32,000 nucleotides of DNA from Candidatus Saccharimonadota bacterium (GTDB lineage Bacteria > Patescibacteriota > Gracilibacteria > UBA4473). The notes beneath the pieces are model-generated. The model was not told where the DNA came from. It made no database searches and was given only the letters and a program-made list of their open reading frames with translations. Each line of letters starts with the position of its first letter. Positions within the stretch are counted from its first letter, which is position 1. The position numbers and the translations under genes are program-made. Location: contig OZ245819.1 in the NCBI GenBank assembly GCA_965228485.1, forward strand, positions 150,001 through 182,000, in the 5' to 3' direction. Shown here piece after piece: positions 17,002 to 25,574 of this stretch.

Positions 17002-17522
17002 TAAATATAGCCTTCTCGTCTTTGTCGGTAGACATTTTCTTCAATATCTCCGTTTGTTTTCAGCACGGCTTGAACCGTTTGTGAGGTAAGAAGTACTCCG
17101 ATAGCGACTTCTTTTTTTACCTGCCAGTCACCACCTTTTGGGGCTGAAGCGTGTTCAATGATTTTCCCTTCTTTGTCGAACCGAAAGGCAAAAGCCGCTC
17201 TAATAAGGGAATTATCAACTCTTTCAAAAGTATATTCTCCTTCAATGAGTTCTGTTTCGGTGTCATAAGAAATACTCTCTTCATCCACAAAAACATTAAT
17301 AATCCCTGCACTTTCAAAGTAATTTAGAATATCTTCTGGTTTGTTTTTAAGTCCTTGGAAAGTCGAAAAAAGAGCGCTCTTGTTGGCGTATAATTCCGCG
17401 ACAGCATTGGGATCTTGGGTATTAACGGCCTCAACCCAAAAATTAAGCTGTGTCCTTAGATAGTCTCCTGTATCCAATAGTTCTGAAAGCGGGTGATGTG
17501 ATCTTTCCATAAATCCGACCAT
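16998..17522 (-). CDS. NTF2-like/SnoaL-like (DUF4440-type) protein
   Basis: 174 aa. 'WVEAVNTQDPNAVAELYANKSALFSTFQG' is the typical opening of SnoaL-like/DUF4440 domains. The assignment is by pattern only. Confidence 0.4.
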   Translation of the reverse strand: MVGFMERSHHPLSELLDTGDYLRTQLNFWVEAVNTQDPNAVAELYANKSALFSTFQGLKNKPEDILNYFESAGIINVFVDEESISYDTETELIEGEYTFERVDNSLIRAAFAFRFDKEGKIIEHASAPKGGDWQVKKEVAIGVLLTSQTVQAVLKTNGDIEENVYRQRREGYIY

Positions 17523-17552
17523 TATAGCGGATTTTAGATGAATTGAAAACCC

Positions 17553-18164
17553 TTATTTACGACCTTTTTTGGTAAGATAGCCTGACAACCATTTCTTTGC
17601 CATATTGAAAAGATCATCTTTGTAGTCACCATCACCATCTTTATCGAGGAATTGTTTGGCAATATTATCAGCTACTGAACCCATGCTTTTATCTTTTCTT
17701 GTCATTTGTAATAGCGCTCCCAGTTGTTCAGCGTTGAGTTTTTCTGACCGAACGGCTTTTCCTAAAGCTCCCATAACCATTGGAGCGAGTACCATCATCA
17801 TTTTTTTACTACTGTCTTGATCGGCTCCAGATTGGTAAGCAATAGCTTCGGCAACATCTTCCTTTACGTCCCCAAGTACGTGTCGTAAAATACCATTCCC
17901 TTCTCCTTTTTCTGGAGCTTTAAAAAGGTCATCTACGTGTTCTAATATGTTCCCGTTGTGTTTATCTTTTGAGAGTGCCTTGAAAAGACTTTCAGCTCCA
18001 GTCTTACTTTCAGAATTTTTAGCCAGTCCATTCAAAAGTACTGGAAGTGCGTTTTGTGTGAGTTTGCTAGTTTGTTCGGTTTTTAGACCGAATGCTTCAG
18101 CTGCCTTTTGGTTAAAGGCTTCATTTACTTGTTGTTTGATTAATCGGGTTAGAAGATCTTGCAT
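17553..18164 (-). CDS. Hypothetical helical protein, possibly DUF937-like
   Basis: 203 aa. The segments 'ALPVLLNGLAKN', 'GNGILRHVLGD' and 'MMMVLAPMVMGALGK' resemble DUF937 proteins. Family assignment has low certainty. Confidence 0.45.
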   Translation of the reverse strand: MQDLLTRLIKQQVNEAFNQKAAEAFGLKTEQTSKLTQNALPVLLNGLAKNSESKTGAESLFKALSKDKHNGNILEHVDDLFKAPEKGEGNGILRHVLGDVKEDVAEAIAYQSGADQDSSKKMMMVLAPMVMGALGKAVRSEKLNAEQLGALLQMTRKDKSMGSVADNIAKQFLDKDGDGDYKDDLFNMAKKWLSGYLTKKGRK

Positions 18165-18231
18165 TTTTGTGAGTGTAATATTTTCTCAATCAGTATCTTT
18201 AGACACTCTAAAAAGTAAAGTCGTAGTTTTT

Positions 18232-18261
18232 TTGGAAATTTATGACAAAGCTTGGTATCAT
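18232..18261 (+). promoter_or_regulatory. Sigma70-like promoter with TGn, near-leaderless
   Basis: TTGGAA (18232-18237), 18-nt spacer, TATCAT (18256-18261) preceded by TGg. 8 nt remain to ATG 18270. Confidence 0.4.
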
Positions 18262-18269
18262 TCCCGTAA

Positions 18270-18890
18270 ATGAATTGGAGATTGAATTTGAATTTTATAT
18301 TTTTATTAACGTTGTTAGCACCGTTGAGTGTAGAAGCGAAGACAGTTTTCTTGCAGATTAGAGATTTTAATTTTAATCCAAATGTGATTGAGATTGAGGC
18401 TGGCGATACGGTTCGTTGGACGAATATGGGAAACATGCCTCATACTATTGAAGGTGGGGGAATGGATAGTGGAACGATTAATACGGGAGAAACATTTGAA
18501 TTTACTTTTCCAGAGGAAGGAACTTTTGATTACATTTGTGGTCTTCATCCTTCTATGACTGGGCGAGTGGTAGTTTTGCCCGCAACAGCCGCAGTTCCTG
18601 AAGAGGAAAATATTATCATCGATGCCACTGTTGAAGAGGATTTGGGAGATTTAGGTGATTTTTTTGAAGTCAATAATCCTGCTCCAGAACCACCGGAAAA
18701 TCCTCCAGCAGAAAATCCAGAAGCGCCGATTATGGGATCGGTAGATAATAATCAAGATGAACCAGCCGTAGAATATTATTCAGCGGCTCAAGGAGAAGAG
18801 TTAACTACCTCCGGATCTGGCGGATGGGTTATTGCTTTGATTGTTGGGATTGTTGGAGCCTTTTTATTCTTGGGGACTCGAAGGGGGTAG
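18270..18890 (+). CDS. Secreted, C-terminally membrane-anchored type-1 copper (cupredoxin, amicyanin-like) protein
   Basis: Signal peptide '...LLAPLSVEA|K'. Cupredoxin domain with ligand set His ('NMPHTIEG') and Cys-x2-His-x2-Met ('YICGLHPSMTGRVVV', compare amicyanin CTPHPFM). Then an acidic/Pro-rich linker and a TM tail 'WVIALIVGIVGAFLFLGTRRG'. Confidence 0.8.
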   Translation: MNWRLNLNFIFLLTLLAPLSVEAKTVFLQIRDFNFNPNVIEIEAGDTVRWTNMGNMPHTIEGGGMDSGTINTGETFEFTFPEEGTFDYICGLHPSMTGRVVVLPATAAVPEEENIIIDATVEEDLGDLGDFFEVNNPAPEPPENPPAENPEAPIMGSVDNNQDEPAVEYYSAAQGEELTTSGSGGWVIALIVGIVGAFLFLGTRRG

Positions 18891-19439
18891 CCACCATCTT
18901 CCATCTTTTTCGTACCAAAGGTTTCCTGGGGTCACTATTTTTTCGTTGTAGTAATGCCGTACAAAATCTTCTGCTGATTGGACGCTTGAATCCACTCCAG
19001 GGTGTGTTCTTTTGAATCTTAATGTTTTTAGTTTTTCAGTAACAAAAGCTCTTAACTCTTCTTCTGTTCCCACAAACAAAAAAGCTTTGTCACGGGTTTT
19101 GCTTTCTGGAAACTCAAAAAATTGTGCCATATTTCCATCAAAAATTATACCTTCATATTCACCTGAATAATGAAAGAAACCACCTCTTAGGTTAGGTCTG
19201 ATTTCACCACCTGATTCTTGTAGAATGTGCTTAATAAGTTGTTCACTAACAGTTAAACATCGAGCTGCCTCATTTGATATAAGTCGATCTTCAACTGTTT
19301 GGAGAATGGCTTTGAGTTTTGTTTTCTTGGCTTCTATTTCTGTGGGAGTTTCTGTTGTTTCTTCACCGTTTTCTCCAATGGTTAAGATTGGTTCTTCTTC
19401 GGAGTTAAAACAAAATTTATAACCTGAAAATAAAGACAT
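18864..19439 (-). CDS. Hypothetical protein (191 aa)
   Basis: ATG-to-TAA ORF, last gene of the nrnA-led minus-strand cluster. Its start abuts the stop of the upstream gene (19440). Its 3' end overlaps the cupredoxin gene by 27 nt. Confidence 0.5.
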   Translation of the reverse strand: MSLFSGYKFCFNSEEEPILTIGENGEETTETPTEIEAKKTKLKAILQTVEDRLISNEAARCLTVSEQLIKHILQESGGEIRPNLRGGFFHYSGEYEGIIFDGNMAQFFEFPESKTRDKAFLFVGTEEELRAFVTEKLKTLRFKRTHPGVDSSVQSAEDFVRHYYNEKIVTPGNLWYEKDGRWWLPPSSPQE

Positions 19440-20015
19440 TTAAATTTTAGCGGTACTATCAAACCCTGTGTGATGAGCGTCTCGATTAAGGTCTTGAATG
19501 ATTTCTAGAAGAGCCGTTTTTCTCGCGCTTGAATCATTAAGGTCTCGCCCCATAGTGTCGGTGAAAGTTGTCGCCCAGGATTTTGGGTTCGTCAGTTCGG
19601 CGTTGCTCACATCAAAACGAATGTCGAGCATGCCAGTTCCTACGGTGGCAAGGGCATAAAGACCAAGAACAGGAGAAGCGTGTTGACCATTAACGGTTTC
19701 TACTTCAGCCAGGTGATCTTGAGATCTGAGATCATTCACATAAAAGTCGATACACTTTCGCTCAAATTCGCGCGCCATTTCTTTCGCATCTTCTATACAA
19801 TTTTGTAGATCTTGATTGTCTTCACTTTTAACTCCAGGGGTATCATCTACGACTTTCTTTAGACTTTCAGGAAAATCACTCTCTATCTGAGCCACGAGAG
19901 CTTTAATGAGTCGGATTTTTTGAGCGACATTAGCGTTCGTGGTCGGCTGTAATAATTCAGCTTCTATATATTCAGCGGATCCATAAGTATGATTGTTTTG
20001 GTTTGGAGTACTCAT
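19440..20015 (-). CDS. Hypothetical protein (191 aa)
   Basis: The ATG overlaps the upstream stop in a TAATG arrangement at 20013-20017, indicating translational coupling. No recognisable family. Confidence 0.5.
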   Translation of the reverse strand: MSTPNQNNHTYGSAEYIEAELLQPTTNANVAQKIRLIKALVAQIESDFPESLKKVVDDTPGVKSEDNQDLQNCIEDAKEMAREFERKCIDFYVNDLRSQDHLAEVETVNGQHASPVLGLYALATVGTGMLDIRFDVSNAELTNPKSWATTFTDTMGRDLNDSSARKTALLEIIQDLNRDAHHTGFDSTAKI

Positions 20016-20362
20016 TAGTCAAGATTTTTAATAAGTAGTTCTTGGATCACATTTTCTTGATTTTCAAAAAATATCTCTCGTTGTTTAAGCCAGTTTTGTT
20101 GAGCTTTCTCAAAAATGCGTTTTTTGGCTTCAAAAAAATGAATAATAGTTTCGGCTATTTTTCGTTTGTCTTGTTTATTGAGTTTTTTTTCTGTTTGTAC
20201 CGCTTGAAAAGCTACGATGATGAGCTTTTCAAGTTTTTCATCGTTTAGGGTTTCAGCCTCTTTTATAAGATTTTGGTCTAGCAGCTCACTTTCAGAAATA
20301 ATTTTCTTTAGGGTTTCAAGGAGCTGTTTACGAGAAATATTATTCTTCATCTTCTTGAACAA
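20015..20362 (-). CDS. Hypothetical helical protein (about 111-115 aa)
   Basis: The ORF opens at TTG 20362 and the first ATG is at 20350. Either start overlaps the nrnA 3' end. The protein is K/E-rich and looks helical. Confidence 0.45.
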   Translation of the reverse strand: MFKKMKNNISRKQLLETLKKIISESELLDQNLIKEAETLNDEKLEKLIIVAFQAVQTEKKLNKQDKRKIAETIIHFFEAKKRIFEKAQQNWLKQREIFFENQENVIQELLIKNLD

Positions 20363-21350
20363 TTTTCCATTTAACCTCTTTTTCTAGTCGTCCTCCAGGG
20401 ATAGTAAATCCAGAAGCTTTGATATGTCCACCTCCACCGTATTGTTCGGCTAAGGCTTTTACATCAACATCTTCTTTTCTGGTTCTGAGAGAGGCTTTTA
20501 CATTTCCTTTGTTATCTTCAGAAAGCATTACAGAGTAGCGTGCTTCTGGCATAGAATTAATAAAATCAATTACTCCTGTGAGGTCGTCTCGAGTACAACC
20601 AATAGATTCGTAATCTTTTTTCTCTACTCCAACAATAGCGGCACCATCTTTGGTTACGTGTAGGTTTTGTAAAATTTTTCCCCAAAGTTTTAGAGTTTTG
20701 AATTCGTATTTTTGGAAAATATTTTTAGAAATTATCTGAGGATTTCCTCCTTTTTTAATCAGCTCACCAGCATATTGATAGGTAAGTGGTGTAGTGTTTT
20801 GGTGCATAAAGGCCCCTGTATCTGTGTAAATCCCTGTTAAAAGCGCTGTAGCGATTTCTGGAGTGATCTGAATCTCTAGGGTTAGTAAAATTTGATAAAC
20901 AATCATACTGGCAGAAGCCATGTTGGTTAACACAAAATTAATCTCCCCAAATTCATCATTGGATGGATGATGATCAATGTTAATTTTTACAATCTCATCA
21001 GAGAGAATTTTTGGCTTACTGTCTTGATATCTGGTCATTTTTTTACTTCCACAGTCTACAAAGATCACCGCGTCGTAAGCTTCAACATCAAAATCCGATT
21101 TGATGTGTTCATGATTTTGTAAGTACTGAAACTCTTCTGGACATACATCAACACAAGCAATATCAACATCAAACCCTGTATTTTTTAGGGCATTATAGAG
21201 TCCAAGACTTGAACCGAGGGCATCTCCATCTGGGTTAGCATGGGGGAGAATGATACATCGTGGTTTTTCTTGTAAATATCGAGTAAGTTTTTCGATTTCT
21301 TTTGGATCTAGTACAGTTTTCTTATTACTTGGCATTGGCTTGTTTGACAT
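20340..21350 (-). CDS. nrnA: DHH/DHHA1 phosphoesterase (NrnA-like oligoribonuclease/pAp phosphatase)
   Basis: 336 aa with the motifs 'HANPDGDALGS', 'IFVDCG', 'NIDHHPSN' (DHH) and the DHHA1 motif 'GGGGHIKASG'. Confidence 0.85.
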   Translation of the reverse strand: MSNKPMPSNKKTVLDPKEIEKLTRYLQEKPRCIILPHANPDGDALGSSLGLYNALKNTGFDVDIACVDVCPEEFQYLQNHEHIKSDFDVEAYDAVIFVDCGSKKMTRYQDSKPKILSDEIVKINIDHHPSNDEFGEINFVLTNMASASMIVYQILLTLEIQITPEIATALLTGIYTDTGAFMHQNTTPLTYQYAGELIKKGGNPQIISKNIFQKYEFKTLKLWGKILQNLHVTKDGAAIVGVEKKDYESIGCTRDDLTGVIDFINSMPEARYSVMLSEDNKGNVKASLRTRKEDVDVKALAEQYGGGGHIKASGFTIPGGRLEKEVKWKIVQEDEE

Positions 21351-21368
21351 TTTTTTAAAATAGTTTTA

Positions 21369-21397
21369 ATTATAATCTTATTATTAAGATAAGTCAA
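21369..21397 (-). promoter_or_regulatory. Near-consensus sigma70 promoter for the nrnA cluster
   Basis: On the minus strand: TTGACT (21392-21397), 17-nt spacer, TATAAT (21369-21374). An 18-nt A/T-rich stretch precedes ATG 21350. Confidence 0.5.
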
Positions 21398-21427
21398 ACA
21401 TTTTTTCCAAACTTTTTGAGTATTAGA

Positions 21428-22609
21428 TTACTGCTGATTTTCTTTTCTCAGAGCAAAGTAAATACTACTTCCAATACCGAGTAGTAATAGAAAAATAAAC
21501 CACGGAATTTTTATACTTTCTTCGGTTCCCGTTTTTGGTAGATCACCAACATTTAGGAAAGAGTTGGCCTGAAGCAGGGGGGCGCTTGATTGCAAATTTT
21601 CTTCTGTATTTTGAGGTTCTTCTTGCACAGCCGGTATTGTTTCGGTGCTTGGTGGCTCTTGAATCGGTGGAGTGCTCACTGGAGTACTGTCTATAGCTGG
21701 GACAACAATAGGGCCTGTTTCTTCTAGGTCTTCAAGGACAAGGGCATCGTCCAGTTGAGCATCAAAGGCAAATTCACCATTTTCTCGATCGTTATTGATA
21801 ACGGTTTGGCTTCGATTTCCGAGTTCTAATTCCGGATCATCTCCACCAAAAATTCCATCAACAATTCCGTCAATAAACCCTTCACCATTACCATCTTCTC
21901 CAAACCCATCTCTATTAAATCCTGAAGTCGTACCATTTACATCAACACTCGGAAAAGGAGATTCCTCAGCGAGTTCAATCTCTTCTTGATTGGTATTTGG
22001 ATTATAGGTTGGAGAAGGATTCTCGTCCCAGAGTGTGTAGGTTCCTGTCTTATGAATAATAGAAGAGAAGACTTTTGTATCTGGCTCTGAAGATTCAGAA
22101 AGTATTCCTCCCAATCTATCCCATTCTTCAGTTTCAAAATCATAAAACCAAAGCTTCGGACTTCCGATTTCGTCTTCATCATAGATGCGAGTGAGGACTT
22201 GTGCCCCGTATCGTTCTTCAAGATTGTCTTCTTTTAGGCTCAATCGAAGTCTTTCCCGACTTGGCAGTAGTGAGTATTGACTAACGATAGAAACCTCCTC
22301 ACCACTATCGGTGATGACTTCAAAAGTTGAGAGTTCTCTCATCCGAGCTCGTGGTGGTTTATCTGGGGCACTAATTACGGTTGGAGGGAGTATTTCTCCA
22401 TCATAGTTTTCTTTCTTTTGAGTGTAAGCTACTCGGTCTCCAGCTACAAACTCCACAAAGATTGTACTGTTGCCATCGGCTAGAACTCCAGATTCTACAA
22501 TCTTTCCATTTTCCACCATAATGGACTCCGCACTTCTAAGGCGACTTTGAGCGATACTGGTATCACTCCAAATCAATAAGACACAAAGTAAAGGTAAAAA
22601 TTTTTTCAC
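21428..22609 (-). CDS. LPXTG-anchored cell-surface protein
   Basis: GTG start and signal peptide 'MKKFLPLLCVLLIWSDTSIAQ'. The C-terminal half is acidic and Pro-rich. A canonical sorting signal follows: 'LPKTG' (nt 21527-21541), a hydrophobic helix and 'RKENQQ'. Confidence 0.75.
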   Translation of the reverse strand: MKKFLPLLCVLLIWSDTSIAQSRLRSAESIMVENGKIVESGVLADGNSTIFVEFVAGDRVAYTQKKENYDGEILPPTVISAPDKPPRARMRELSTFEVITDSGEEVSIVSQYSLLPSRERLRLSLKEDNLEERYGAQVLTRIYDEDEIGSPKLWFYDFETEEWDRLGGILSESSEPDTKVFSSIIHKTGTYTLWDENPSPTYNPNTNQEEIELAEESPFPSVDVNGTTSGFNRDGFGEDGNGEGFIDGIVDGIFGGDDPELELGNRSQTVINNDRENGEFAFDAQLDDALVLEDLEETGPIVVPAIDSTPVSTPPIQEPPSTETIPAVQEEPQNTEENLQSSAPLLQANSFLNVGDLPKTGTEESIKIPWFIFLLLLGIGSSIYFALRKENQQ

Positions 22610-22698
22610 GACAATATTTTCTATTAAAATGACAATGATTTCAAAGAAAAAGGTGGATTACGCCTTTGAGACACGAATATTAGACTCACTTTGTACCT

Positions 22699-23325
22699 AT
22701 GTGGACACTCGTTGCGACCGTTGTATTAATTCACTTCATGGCTGTCATCAGTCCCGGTCCTGATTTTGTGGTGTGCCTAAAAAACACTTTGAGATATTCT
22801 CGATCTATTGGAATTTGGACGGCACTAGGTTTTGCATTGGGAGTTCTAGTTCACGTTACTTATTGTCTACTTGGAATTGCGCTGATTATTTCTCAGTCAG
22901 TATTGTTGTTTAACATTATTAAACTTATTGGGGCTGGGTATTTGATCTATTTGGGAATTAAAGCTCTAATGGCCTCTTCGGCCCCAGCAATGGAAATTGA
23001 GGTAAAACATGCACGAAAAATGATTACGCCGCTTCAGGCTGTTTGGAGTGGTTTTTTGACAAACCTTTTAAATCCAAAAGCGACTTTGTATTTTTTGGGA
23101 TTCTTTAGTGTGGTGATTCCTCCAGAAACACCAGCATTCTGGATGGGGATTATTATTGTGCTTATTTTTGGGATTGCTTTTGCCTGGTTTGCGGTGGTAG
23201 CGACATTGATGACGGTCAATAAAGTGCGGTCTCAGTTTCTGCGTATAGAACAAATTTTGGATAAAGTTTTTGGCGGAATTTTAATTCTGTTAGGATTAAA
23301 AGTAGCAACAACAAAAATTTCTTAA
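22699..23325 (+). CDS. LysE/RhtB family amino-acid exporter
   Basis: 208 aa with six hydrophobic helices. Family signatures are 'ISPGPDFVVCLKNTL' and 'LTNLLNPKATLYFLGFF'. Confidence 0.85.
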   Translation: MWTLVATVVLIHFMAVISPGPDFVVCLKNTLRYSRSIGIWTALGFALGVLVHVTYCLLGIALIISQSVLLFNIIKLIGAGYLIYLGIKALMASSAPAMEIEVKHARKMITPLQAVWSGFLTNLLNPKATLYFLGFFSVVIPPETPAFWMGIIIVLIFGIAFAWFAVVATLMTVNKVRSQFLRIEQILDKVFGGILILLGLKVATTKIS

Positions 23326-23338
23326 CTTATAAATTTTC

Positions 23339-24568
23339 ATGACAATCAAACACATTCAGGCTCGCGAAATTCTTGATTCCAGAGGGAATCCCACGGTGGA
23401 GGTAGAAATGTCAGATGGTACGAATATTATTCGGGCGTGTGTTCCGAGTGGAGCTTCTACGGGAGTTCATGAAGCACTGGAACTACGAGATGGAGATAAA
23501 GCTCGATATGGAGGGAAAGGAGTTCTAAAGGCTATTGCTAACGTAAATGATATTATCGCTCCAGAAGTTATTGGAATGAATCCAGGAGAGCAAGAAGCAA
23601 TTGATCGTAAAATGCTTGAACTTGATGGGACACCTAATAAATCTAAATTAGGAGCAAATGCTATTCTGGGAGTTTCTCTGGCGGCGGCTAGACTTGCGGC
23701 GGTTCAGACAGGAATTCCGTTATGGCAGCATATTCAAGAACTTTTTGGTTCGGATGAAGTGAGCCTTCCTCGACCAATGATGAATATTATCAATGGAGGA
23801 AGTCATGCAGACTCTGGGCTGGCGGTCCAGGAATTTATGGTTTTCCCAAATCTTGGGAACTTTGCTGACAATCTTCGAGCGGGAGCAGAGACTTTTCACG
23901 CGCTAAAGAAGATTTTGAGTTCGAAAGGACTTTCTGTTGGAGTGGGGGATGAAGGAGGTTTTGCTCCACGGATTCCAACCGTTCCAGAAGCGCTAGAGAC
24001 TATTGCCGAAGCGGTAGAAGCGGCTGGATACAAGTTCGGTTCAGAAATTGAAATTGCAATGGATGCGGCGGCTTCAGAATTCTTTACTGAAGGTGGATAT
24101 GAAATTGACGGTGAAATTCTAACGGCGGATCAATTAACCGATTACTACGGTAAGTTATTTGAAAAATACCCAATTGTTTCTCTTGAAGATTCTCATGCAG
24201 AAGATGATTTTGATGGTTTTGCTGGGATGCAGGCCAAATACGGTAAAAATCATCAACTGGTAGGGGATGATCTTTTGGTAACCAATAAAGAAAGACTTCA
24301 GGTTGGGATTGATAAAGAACTTTGTAACTCAATTCTCATTAAAGTAAATCAGATTGGTTCTCTGACAGAGACTTTTGAAACGATGCACTTAGCGAAAGCA
24401 AATGGATTCACAACGGTTATCTCTCATCGTTCAGGAGAAACAGAAGATGATTTTATTGCTGATCTAGCGGTGGGGACAAATGCTGGTCAAATTAAGACTG
24501 GATCACTGTCTCGTTCAGAGCGGATTTGTAAATACAATCAGCTTCTTCGGATAGCCGAAAAAATTTAG
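23339..24568 (+). CDS. eno: Enolase (phosphopyruvate hydratase)
   Basis: 409 aa with 'AREILDSRGNPTVEVE', 'VPSGASTGVHEALELRDGD', 'MDAAASEF', 'LVGDDLLVTN', 'IKVNQIGSLTET' and 'SHRSGETED'. Confidence 0.95.
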   Translation: MTIKHIQAREILDSRGNPTVEVEMSDGTNIIRACVPSGASTGVHEALELRDGDKARYGGKGVLKAIANVNDIIAPEVIGMNPGEQEAIDRKMLELDGTPNKSKLGANAILGVSLAAARLAAVQTGIPLWQHIQELFGSDEVSLPRPMMNIINGGSHADSGLAVQEFMVFPNLGNFADNLRAGAETFHALKKILSSKGLSVGVGDEGGFAPRIPTVPEALETIAEAVEAAGYKFGSEIEIAMDAAASEFFTEGGYEIDGEILTADQLTDYYGKLFEKYPIVSLEDSHAEDDFDGFAGMQAKYGKNHQLVGDDLLVTNKERLQVGIDKELCNSILIKVNQIGSLTETFETMHLAKANGFTTVISHRSGETEDDFIADLAVGTNAGQIKTGSLSRSERICKYNQLLRIAEKI

Positions 24569-24577
24569 TTTTTCGGC
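24554..24577 (+). terminator. Hairpin spanning the eno stop codon
   Basis: gccgaaaaa (24554-24562) pairs perfectly with tttttcggc (24569-24577) around a 6-nt loop. No downstream T-run follows, so terminator function is uncertain. Confidence 0.3.
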
Positions 24578-24634
24578 CTCCAGAAATTATGCTTAGTTCA
24601 ATAATTTAATCTATTTAATTCCCCTCATACAAAT

Positions 24635-25513
24635 ATGAAAAAAATAAAAAAAGCAATTCTTCCAGTGGCTGGATTTGGGACGCGATTTTTGCCAGCAACA
24701 AAAGCTCAGCCAAAGGAAATGTTGCCGGTTTTTGATACACCGGCTATTCAGTATATCGTGCAAGAAGCGGTAGAAGCAGGAATTGAAGACATAATTGTCG
24801 TAACGGGACGAGGAAAACGAGCGATTGAAGATCACTTTGATGCGAATTTTGAACTGGAACATGCGCTTCAGGAAAAAGGAAAGATTAAGGAACTTGAAAT
24901 GATCAGAGGTATTTCTGATATGGCAAATTTTGTTTATGTTCGTCAGCCACAGCCTCTTGGAGATGGACATGCTTTACTTTGTGCTAAAAGCCTAATTGGA
25001 GAAGATGAGCCCGTGGTGGTGCTTTTTGGAGATGATATTGTGGATAATGAAAGTGGCAAGAATGCCGTTCAGCAACTGATTGAGACTTATGAGCGCACGG
25101 GGGATTCGGTGGTACTGCTTCAGCAAGTACCTGATGAAAAAGTTCATCAGTATGGGATTGTAGATTTTAATGCCGATACAGAATTTGATGGGGTTATTTC
25201 TGAATTTGTCGAAAAACCAACAAAAGAAGAAGCGCCTTCGAACCTAGGAGTAATTGGTAAATATATTCTGACACCAGAAATTTGGGAGAAGTTGGTTCAT
25301 TCAAAACCTTCTAAAGATGGGGAAATTCGATTGGCTAATGCCTTTGAAGACCACTTGGCGGCGAATGGTGCTATCAGAGGACGAATTCTTGAAGGAGAGC
25401 GTTTTGATACGGGTGATAAAATGGGCTTTTTACAGGCGACGATCCATTTTGCTCTAAAACAAGAAAATCAAGGGGTAAAAGATACACTTCGGAAATATAT
25501 ATCTTTACAATAA
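24635..25513 (+). CDS. galU: UTP--glucose-1-phosphate uridylyltransferase
   Basis: 292 aa with 'KAILPVAGFGTRFLPATKAQPKEMLPV', 'IVVTGRGKRAIEDHFD', 'YVRQPQPLGDGHA' and 'VEKP'. Confidence 0.9.
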   Translation: MKKIKKAILPVAGFGTRFLPATKAQPKEMLPVFDTPAIQYIVQEAVEAGIEDIIVVTGRGKRAIEDHFDANFELEHALQEKGKIKELEMIRGISDMANFVYVRQPQPLGDGHALLCAKSLIGEDEPVVVLFGDDIVDNESGKNAVQQLIETYERTGDSVVLLQQVPDEKVHQYGIVDFNADTEFDGVISEFVEKPTKEEAPSNLGVIGKYILTPEIWEKLVHSKPSKDGEIRLANAFEDHLAANGAIRGRILEGERFDTGDKMGFLQATIHFALKQENQGVKDTLRKYISLQ

Positions 25514-25530
25514 ATCCTCATCTTGGGGAG

Positions 25531-25559
25531 TTGTAATCTGTGGTAAATCGGTCTATAAT
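25531..25559 (+). promoter_or_regulatory. Sigma70-like promoter
   Basis: TTGTAA (25531-25536), 17-nt spacer, TATAAT (25554-25559), upstream of the TPR gene. Confidence 0.45.
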
Positions 25560-25574
25560 TCGTTGATAGGAATT

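Noticed and set aside
18800-18890. The cupredoxin C-terminus 'ELTTSGSGG' plus TM helix plus 'RRG', considered as a sortase sorting signal.
   Set aside because: The architecture is similar, but LTTSG does not match LPXTG or known variants (LAXTG, NPQTN). I treat it as a simple TM tail anchor.
24611-24970. A 119-aa minus-strand ORF overlapping the galU 5' region.
   Set aside because: galU on the plus strand is strongly supported by motifs. The antisense ORF is low-complexity (S/F/R/I-rich) with no homology.
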